From assembly GCA_963738405.1 (NCBI GenBank), contig CAVTWJ010000009.1, positions 224,001 through 288,000 on the forward strand: 64,000 bases of DNA. The letters run 5' to 3'. Below the pieces are notes generated by a model, which made no database searches, had not been told where the DNA came from, and worked only from the letters and a program-made list of their open reading frames with translations. Shown here in pieces: positions 57,428 through 64,000 of this stretch. The stretch comes from a candidate division FCPU426 bacterium (GTDB taxonomy: Bacteria; Oederibacteriota; Muellerivitia; Muellerivitales; Muellerivitaceae). The position numbers and the translations under genes are program-made. Position 1 is the stretch's first letter. Every line of letters begins with the position of its first letter.

Positions 57428-59227
57428 GTGTCTCTGGAACATATCCGCAATTTCTGCATCATCGCCCACATCGACCACGGCAAAAGCACCCTGGCCGACC
57501 GGCTTTTGGAATTCACGGGGGCCATCCCGCCCCGTGAAATGCGCGAACAGCTCATGGACCAGATGGATCTGGAACGGGAGCGGGGCATTACCATCAAGGC
57601 CAAGGCGGTGCGTTTTTTCTACAAGGCCAAGAACGGCCAAACCTACGAGATGAACCTGATCGACACGCCCGGCCATGTGGATTTTAATTACGAAGTTTCC
57701 CGAAGCCTCAAGGCCTGCGAGGGAGCGCTCCTCCTGATTGACGCTTCCCAAGGGGTGGAAGCCCAGACGCTGGCTAACGCCTTTTTGGCCATGGACCAGA
57801 AACTCACCATTGTTCCCGTCATCAACAAGATCGACCTGCCCGCCGCCGACGTGGAGCGCTGTAAAAAACAGATGGAAGAATCCCTCGCCATCGAGGGGTC
57901 GGAGGCCATTTTAGCCTCGGCCAAGGAAGGGATCGGCATCGAGGAAATATTGGAGGCGGTGGTAAAGCGTGTTCCCGCCCCCATCGGCAACGCGGAGGAG
58001 CCCTTGAAGGGCCTGATCTTTGATTCGATGTACGACATTTACCGGGGCGTGATGATCTTTGTGCGCATCTTGGAAGGCAAGATCGAGAAAAACACCAAGA
58101 TGAGACTGATGGCCACCGGCAAGGTTTTCGAGGTGGAAGAAGTCGGCGTCTTCAAGCCCAAGATGGAAAAGACGGGCATTCTTTCGGCCGGGGAAGTAGG
58201 CTATATCGCCGCCAATATCAAAGAAGTGCGCGACGCCAAGGTAGGCGAGACCGTGACCGAGGAAGGCCGGCCCACGGCCGAGGCCATGCCGGGTTTTAAA
58301 GATGTTTTGCCCATGGTCTTTTGCGGGCTTTTTCCGGTCGTCTCGGATGATTACGACCATTTAAAGGAAGCCCTCTCCAAACTCAAACTATCCGACGCGG
58401 CGCTCTCTTACGAGCCCGAGACCTCGGTGGCCCTATCCTTCGGTTTCCGATGCGGCTTTTTGGGTCTTCTTCATATGGAAATCGTTCAGGAACGGCTGGA
58501 GCGGGAATACAACCTCAATCTCATCTGCACCGCCCCCAGCGTGGTGTACAAGGTCGTGAAAACCGACCGCACCGAGATCATGATCGACAACCCCACCAAA
58601 CTTCCTGATCTCTCGCAGATTGAGGAAATTTTGGAACCCTATATCGACGGCAAGATCATCGTGCCAGCCGATTACATTGGGGCCGTCATGACCCTTTGCC
58701 AGGAACGGCGAGGAATCCATAAAAATACCCATTTTCTCGATACTACGAGGGCTCAGATCACCTACGAGCTTCCCTTGGCCGAGGTGGTGATGGATTTTTT
58801 CGACAAACTCAAGAGTTGTACCAAGGGTTACGCGTCTTTAGATTATGAGCCCATCGGCTACCGCCCGGGCGATATCGTGAAGGTCGACATCCTCTTGAAC
58901 GCCGAGGTGGTGGACGCCCTTTCCTTCATGGTGCACAAGCAAAAATCGGAAATCCGGGGCCGGGGCATCGCCGAAAAACTGAAAGAAATTATCCCCCAGC
59001 AGCTCTTTGAGGTGCCCATCCAGGCCGCCATTGGGGGCAAGATCATCGCGCGGGAAACGGTTCGGGCCCGCCGCAAGGACGTTTTGGCAAAATGCTACGG
59101 CGGTGACATCACACGAAAGCGCAAGCTGCTGGAAAAGCAGAAGGAAGGCAAAAAGCGAATGAAGAACATCGGGAGCGTGGAGATACCCCAGGAAGCTTTC
59201 ATGGCCGTGTTGAAGGTGGAGGACTAA
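57428..59227 (+). CDS. lepA: Elongation factor 4
   Basis: [49 protein letters not shown]. Confidence 0.98.
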   Translation: MSLEHIRNFCIIAHIDHGKSTLADRLLEFTGAIPPREMREQLMDQMDLERERGITIKAKAVRFFYKAKNGQTYEMNLIDTPGHVDFNYEVSRSLKACEGALLLIDASQGVEAQTLANAFLAMDQKLTIVPVINKIDLPAADVERCKKQMEESLAIEGSEAILASAKEGIGIEEILEAVVKRVPAPIGNAEEPLKGLIFDSMYDIYRGVMIFVRILEGKIEKNTKMRLMATGKVFEVEEVGVFKPKMEKTGILSAGEVGYIAANIKEVRDAKVGETVTEEGRPTAEAMPGFKDVLPMVFCGLFPVVSDDYDHLKEALSKLKLSDAALSYEPETSVALSFGFRCGFLGLLHMEIVQERLEREYNLNLICTAPSVVYKVVKTDRTEIMIDNPTKLPDLSQIEEILEPYIDGKIIVPADYIGAVMTLCQERRGIHKNTHFLDTTRAQITYELPLAEVVMDFFDKLKSCTKGYASLDYEPIGYRPGDIVKVDILLNAEVVDALSFMVHKQKSEIRGRGIAEKLKEIIPQQLFEVPIQAAIGGKIIARETVRARRKDVLAKCYGGDITRKRKLLEKQKEGKKRMKNIGSVEIPQEAFMAVLKVED

Positions 59228-59249
59228 TAACTCGAAAAAAATCCGTTTA

Positions 59250-59343
59250 ACTACATGACACCAAGTCGCCAAGGAAAAAAATTAAAGATTAGGGTTTTGT
59301 TATTTATGGTTTTCTTGGTGTCTTTGTGACTTGGTGGTGAAAA
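59250..59343. repeat. Second, inverted and degenerate copy of the CACCAAG REP-like element
   Basis: GACACCAAGTCGCCAAG ... CTTGGTGTCTTTGTGACTTGGTGGTGAAAA. Confidence 0.75.
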
Positions 59344-59402
59344 GTTTCTTCTTTGTAGGGATGATTGTTTTTAGGTGAATATCTCGGTGAAAAGGATTTG
59401 TG

Positions 59403-60104
59403 ATGGAAAACTTGAATTATTACCTCTACGGTGCGGCCATTTTGCTGACGCTGGTGGAAGCGATTTTTAAATGGATCATGCCCTCAATCCGCAAAAACCC
59501 GCAAATGGCGGGAACGGTTGAGACGGTCGATTCGCTTTGGATCGCCCTGGTGGTGGCCCTGACCCTTAAGGCGGTTTTGGTCCAGCCCTTCACGATCCCC
59601 TCGGGCTCGATGGAAGACACCCTGCTGGTGGGGGATTACATCCTCGTGAAAAAATACGAATATGGCTATTCACTTTGGAACAGCACGCCCCGGTTTCTGG
59701 AGTTCCGCAAGCCCAACCGCCGTGACGTGATGGTTTTCGTATTTCCGGGCGACCACACCAAGGACTACATCAAGCGCTGTATCGGCCTGCCGGGCGATGT
59801 GATTGAGGTGAAAAATAAAGATCTCTATCTCAACGGGGTTAAGCAGGACGAGCCCTACGTCAAGCACATCGACCCCAACACTTACCCCCGAGGTTTCCTG
59901 ACTTATGAGAGGGACAATTACGGGCCCGTGACGGTGGCCCCGGGGCATTATTTCATGATGGGGGACAACCGGGACAACAGCGCTGACTCCAGGGTCTGGG
60001 GCCAGTTGGATGAACAGCTTATCAAAGGCCGGGCCTGGGTCATCTACTGGCATTCGGTCAATTTCCTCCCCACCTTCGACCGAATCTTCAAGGGCATCCA
60101 TTAA
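59403..60104 (+). CDS. lepB: Signal peptidase I
   Basis: IPSGSM..TL.VGD, DYIKRCIGLPGD, MMGDNRDNSADSR. Confidence 0.96.
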   Translation: MENLNYYLYGAAILLTLVEAIFKWIMPSIRKNPQMAGTVETVDSLWIALVVALTLKAVLVQPFTIPSGSMEDTLLVGDYILVKKYEYGYSLWNSTPRFLEFRKPNRRDVMVFVFPGDHTKDYIKRCIGLPGDVIEVKNKDLYLNGVKQDEPYVKHIDPNTYPRGFLTYERDNYGPVTVAPGHYFMMGDNRDNSADSRVWGQLDEQLIKGRAWVIYWHSVNFLPTFDRIFKGIH

Positions 60105-60137
60105 TAGGGAGCATGTGAAGCGGAGGGAGAGGGCTCT

Positions 60138-61244
60138 TTGAACGCTTATCTGCATATTCCCTTTTGTGTCTCCATCTGCAGTTATTGCGATTTCACATCG
60201 CTTGCGGGGCAGGAATCTCGAATCGGATCTTATGTTTCCGCCTTGGTTCGGGAAATCGCCTCGTCGGATCTGAAGGGTCCTTTAAGCACGGTCTATTTCG
60301 GGGGGGGAACCCCCTCCACCCTTCCAGCGCCTGAACTGGAAAGAATCCTGAAGGCCCTTAAGAATAAGGCCGGGTTCTCGCCGGATGCCGAAATTTCCCT
60401 GGAAGCCAATCCTGAAACGGTGGATCTCTCAAAGCTTTCCGGGTATCGGACGGCGGGGGTGAACCGGATTTCTTACGGGGCCCAAGCCGCGCAAAAAGAC
60501 ATCCTTAAAAAACTAGGCCGGGGTCATGAGTGGCCGAGGGTGGAACAGGCAGTAGCAGAGGCCCGACAAGCGGGTTTTAGTAATCTCAATCTTGATCTCA
60601 TGTTCGGCCTGCCGGACCAAGATTTACCGATGTTCCGGGAATCCCTGGAAAAGGCGTTGGAACTTTCTCCCGAACACCTATCCCTATATTCTCTTCAAGT
60701 TGAAGAGGGAACGCCCCTCTCCCGTTGGGTGAAGGAAGGTATGGCTCTTCCCCAAGAGGGACTGGTGGCGGATCAATACGAGACAGCCCAATGGATGCTA
60801 GGCGTTTCGGGCTATGAGCAATATGAGGTTTCCAATTTCGCCAAGCCGGGTTTTGCCTGCCGCCACAACTGGAACATCTGGCGGGGGGAGGATTACTGGG
60901 GATTCGGGATATCCGCAGTGGGAACGGCCCAAGGCGTCCGGTGGACCCACCGGGAGGACCTTTTGGAATATATTCAAAAAGCCGGCGGGGATTTGCCGGT
61001 TGAAAAGGAAGACTTGGGAGCGGAAACGCTCCTTTTTGAGCGAATTATGCTGGGCCTTCGCACGAAGGAGGGAATCACCGAATCCCAAATCGGTGATTTT
61101 GAGAGATTGAATCAAAAGAAGGTTTTAAACCATTGGGATGAAATGGTGTCGGGCGGCTTGTTGTCCCATTCCCAAGGCCGCTACCAGGCGACTTCCAAGG
61201 GTTTTTTCGTTTTAAATGGAATGCTGGAAAAGCTGGTGTTTTAA
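60138..61244 (+). CDS. hemW: Radical SAM heme chaperone
   Basis: YLHIPFCVSICSYCDF, FGGGTPS, YEVSNF, HN..W. Confidence 0.92.
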   Translation: MNAYLHIPFCVSICSYCDFTSLAGQESRIGSYVSALVREIASSDLKGPLSTVYFGGGTPSTLPAPELERILKALKNKAGFSPDAEISLEANPETVDLSKLSGYRTAGVNRISYGAQAAQKDILKKLGRGHEWPRVEQAVAEARQAGFSNLNLDLMFGLPDQDLPMFRESLEKALELSPEHLSLYSLQVEEGTPLSRWVKEGMALPQEGLVADQYETAQWMLGVSGYEQYEVSNFAKPGFACRHNWNIWRGEDYWGFGISAVGTAQGVRWTHREDLLEYIQKAGGDLPVEKEDLGAETLLFERIMLGLRTKEGITESQIGDFERLNQKKVLNHWDEMVSGGLLSHSQGRYQATSKGFFVLNGMLEKLVF

Positions 61245-61296
61245 CCCTTCGGAACGCGCGAAAAGTTGACTTTCAAAGTCCCCTCCCTATTATTAT

Positions 61297-61323
61297 CTAG
61301 CCCTCAACCAGACTGATTGGAGA
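61297..61323 (+). promoter_or_regulatory. Degenerate CIRCE-like element downstream of a TTGACT/TATTAT promoter
   Basis: CTAGCCCTC-N9-GATTGGAGA versus TTAGCACTC-N9-GAGTGCTAA (7/9 and 5/9). Confidence 0.4.
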
Positions 61324-61330
61324 GTACCCC

Positions 61331-62365
61331 TTGACGACGCCAGGCCTTGAAGACCGGGAAGAAAGCGTTCTGACCTCGGTCATTCATTATTACGTGAACA
61401 CCGCTAAACCGGTCTCGTCCCAGGCCATTGCCGGTCAAATGGGGCTTTCCCCCGCCACCGTGCGCAATGTTCTGATGGATCTGGAAAAAAAAGGCTTCCT
61501 GACCCACCCACATACCTCCGCGGGCCGGGTTCCCTTGAACCCCGCCTACCGGCTTTACGTGGACAAGCTCATGCAGGCCAAGCGGTTGAACCTGGAGGAA
61601 AAGCGCCAGATCGAGCGGCAATACCAGGTGACCCGCACCGAAGTGGAAGCCGTCATCCGCCACACCGCCAAGATTCTCTCGGCCATGACCAACTTGGGGG
61701 GCCTAGCGGCTTTCCATGTGCCGGAAGAAATTTCCCTCGACCACTTCAAGCTGGTGCCAATTGACGCCAAGAAGCTGATGGTCATCCTGGTTTTGGACCA
61801 TGGGCTGGTGAAGGAAGAGCTGGTGCGCCTAGACGCCGCCGTGAGTTTCAAGGAAATATCCCAAATCACCCAGCTTTTGAACTCCCGCTTTGGGGGAAAG
61901 AGCCTGGCGGACCTACGGGCCATGCTGCTCAAGGAAGCCGAGACAGTGAAAAAAACGCGTCTTTCCATCGTTGAATCCACCCTGCGGTTGATTGAAGAGG
62001 CCATGGATTTCGGGAGCAGCCAAGTCCAGCTGGAGGGAGCTTCCCACCTGGGGGAACAGCCCGAATTCAAGGACGCCGAGAAGATGGAACGCCTCTTAAA
62101 GATTGTGGAGCAAAAATCCCTTTTGGCCCGCGTCATGAACCGGTTTCCCGAACCCGGCGGATTGGCCGTCCAAATCGGGTCCGAAATTCCCGAAATTACA
62201 TTGAAGGATTTTTCTCTGGTCCGCATTCCCTTTGCCTGGGAAGGCCGGGTCGTCGGGTCCCTGGGGGTCTTGGGCCCAACAAGGATGGATTACGAGCGGA
62301 TCTTTTCACTCGTCAGCCACTTGGCCCTCACGCTTAAAGAAAATCTCGGACGATTGGAGCCTTAA
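61331..62365 (+). CDS. hrcA: Heat-inducible transcription repressor
   Basis: PVSS, SPATVRN.L.DLE..G.L.HPHTSAGRVP, GVLGPTRMDY. Confidence 0.95.
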   Translation: MTTPGLEDREESVLTSVIHYYVNTAKPVSSQAIAGQMGLSPATVRNVLMDLEKKGFLTHPHTSAGRVPLNPAYRLYVDKLMQAKRLNLEEKRQIERQYQVTRTEVEAVIRHTAKILSAMTNLGGLAAFHVPEEISLDHFKLVPIDAKKLMVILVLDHGLVKEELVRLDAAVSFKEISQITQLLNSRFGGKSLADLRAMLLKEAETVKKTRLSIVESTLRLIEEAMDFGSSQVQLEGASHLGEQPEFKDAEKMERLLKIVEQKSLLARVMNRFPEPGGLAVQIGSEIPEITLKDFSLVRIPFAWEGRVVGSLGVLGPTRMDYERIFSLVSHLALTLKENLGRLEP

Positions 62366-62368
62366 ACC

Positions 62369-62965
62369 ATGATTCCCCTGAACGCTGACGCGAATGACCC
62401 CGAAGTTGAAATCCTTTCCAGTTCCCCGGAAACCGAGGACGGTGTCGAAAACCCCAAGCCCAAACCCTCTTCCCGTTTGGCGGGGGACATTACGAATAAC
62501 CCCCAGGCGGAAGAATGGAAAAACAAGCACGACGAGGTAAAGGAAAGCTATCTCTGGCTGGCGGCGGACTTTGATAATTACAAAAAGCGCACCTTGAAGG
62601 AACAGGAAGAGAGCCGTAAATTTATCGCAGCCGACGTAATCAAGGAATTCCTGGTGGTGGGGGACAACCTGGAAAGGGCCCTATCCGCCCTTCCCGCTGA
62701 CGACCAGGACAAGGGGCTTTTGAGCCTGAAGCAGGGCGTGGAGCTGACCCTCAAGCAGTTTTTTAGCATGCTGGAGAAATACGGGGTCAAGAAGATGAAA
62801 ACCGTGGGCGAAAAGTTCGACCCCCGGTACCATCAGGTGCTTTTCCAAGAGGTGACGGATAAGGCGCCCGACGAAACAGTTTTGGAAGAACTGCAAAGCG
62901 GTTACCTGGTCCACGAGAGGGTGATCCGGGCGGCCCTGGTGAAGATCGCCAAGAACGTCGGTTGA
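62369..62965 (+). CDS. grpE: Nucleotide exchange factor
   Basis: ADFDNYKKR, DNLERAL, GEKFDP..H, GY..HERVIRAA.V. Confidence 0.95.
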   Translation: MIPLNADANDPEVEILSSSPETEDGVENPKPKPSSRLAGDITNNPQAEEWKNKHDEVKESYLWLAADFDNYKKRTLKEQEESRKFIAADVIKEFLVVGDNLERALSALPADDQDKGLLSLKQGVELTLKQFFSMLEKYGVKKMKTVGEKFDPRYHQVLFQEVTDKAPDETVLEELQSGYLVHERVIRAALVKIAKNVG

Positions 62966-63056
62966 AAGCTGAAAGAAGAAAGGCTGTTGAATTTAAGAAG
63001 AAACCCTAAAAGCCCCAAGGCGGGCGAAAAGGTTTGAATGAAAGAGGAGTAACCAC

Positions 63057-64000
63057 ATGGCAACGAACAAAGTTTTAGGAATCGACTTAGGAACCACCAA
63101 TTCCTGCATGGCGATCATGGAAGGCGGAGAGCCCAAGGTCATCGCCAACGCGGAAGGGGCCCGCACGACCCCCTCGGTGGTGGGCTTTGCCAAATCCGGC
63201 GAGCGTCTGGTGGGCCGGGTGGCCAAGAACCAGGCTATCACCAACCCCACCAACACGGTGTTTTCCATCAAGCGTTTCATGGGCCGCAAACTGCATGACC
63301 CGGAAGTGGAAATGGACCGCAAGCTGGTCCCCTACACGATGAAAGAATCCTCCAACGGCGACGTGAGGGTGAAGATCGACGACAAGGAATTCTCGCCTCC
63401 CGAAATCTCCGCCATGATTTTGCAGAAGCTCAAGGCGGACGCCGAGGCTTACCTGGGCACCGAAATCACGGAGGCGGTCATCACCGTTCCGGCTTATTTC
63501 AACGACGCCCAGCGCCAGGCCACCAAGGATGCGGGCAAGATCGCGGGTCTTGAGGTGCTTCGCATCATCAACGAACCCACGGCCGCGGCTTTGGCCTACG
63601 GCTTGGATAAGGACAAGAAGAACGAAAAGATAGCTGTCTATGACCTGGGCGGGGGAACCTTCGACATCTCCATCCTCGAACTGGGCGACGGGGTTTTCGA
63701 GGTGAAATCCACCAACGGGGACACCCATTTGGGCGGGGACGACTTCGACCAGCGCATCATCCAATGGCTGATCGACGAGTTTAAAAAAGAAACGGGCGTT
63801 GATTTGAAAAACGACCGCATGGCCCTCCAGCGCTTGAAGGAAGCCGCCGAAAAGGCCAAGATCGACTTGTCCACGACGCAAGAAACGGACCTCAACCTGC
63901 CCTTTATCACGGCGGACGCCTCGGGCCCCAAGCACATGAACATAAAGCTGTCGCGTTCCAAGCTGGAACAATTGGTGGGGGATATGGTTGATAAGACCCT
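63057..64000 (+). CDS. dnaK: Chaperone DnaK (partial, runs off the window; absent from the ORF track)
   Basis: [64 protein letters not shown]. Confidence 0.97.
   Translation, partial: MATNKVLGIDLGTTNSCMAIMEGGEPKVIANAEGARTTPSVVGFAKSGERLVGRVAKNQAITNPTNTVFSIKRFMGRKLHDPEVEMDRKLVPYTMKESSNGDVRVKIDDKEFSPPEISAMILQKLKADAEAYLGTEITEAVITVPAYFNDAQRQATKDAGKIAGLEVLRIINEPTAAALAYGLDKDKKNEKIAVYDLGGGTFDISILELGDGVFEVKSTNGDTHLGGDDFDQRIIQWLIDEFKKETGVDLKNDRMALQRLKEAAEKAKIDLSTTQETDLNLPFITADASGPKHMNIKLSRSKLEQLVGDMVDKT

Noticed and set aside
63087..63971. 294-aa minus-strand ORF
   Set aside because: Antisense shadow of dnaK, which occupies the plus strand from 63057

Overview
64 kb of chromosomal DNA from a diderm bacterium (TolC, beta-barrel and lipoprotein genes present). 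The phylum cannot be fixed from this window; Thr-rich proteins with a YPNP...LASGLY C-terminus suggest a little-studied lineage such as FCPU426 (inference). Left to right: the 3' part of a Thr-rich surface protein; a Rieske / split cytochrome b6-like / octaheme cytochrome c operon, then a cupredoxin-like lipoprotein and heme A/copper oxidase assembly genes with no oxidase subunits; dinB with a palindromic operator; a sigma54-type YceI-porin-SRPBCC operon; a CusCBA-type Cu/Ag efflux cluster behind a Cys-rich leader ORF; mixed housekeeping genes; and lepA-lepB-hemW-hrcA-grpE-dnaK (dnaK runs off the end). The most unusual part is about 38.6-57.3 kb. It has a LacI regulator, an RlmD rRNA methyltransferase in one frame with a membrane-anchored glycoside-hydrolase-like domain, three tandem SLH-like/coiled-coil/beta-barrel (OmpM/SlpA-like) proteins and three paralogous CBM-like lipoproteins, a candidate TonB-independent glycan capture system. 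No rRNA, tRNA, CRISPR array or transposase was recognised. Two kinds of small inverted-repeat elements are present. All calls come from reading motifs by eye; no database searches were run.
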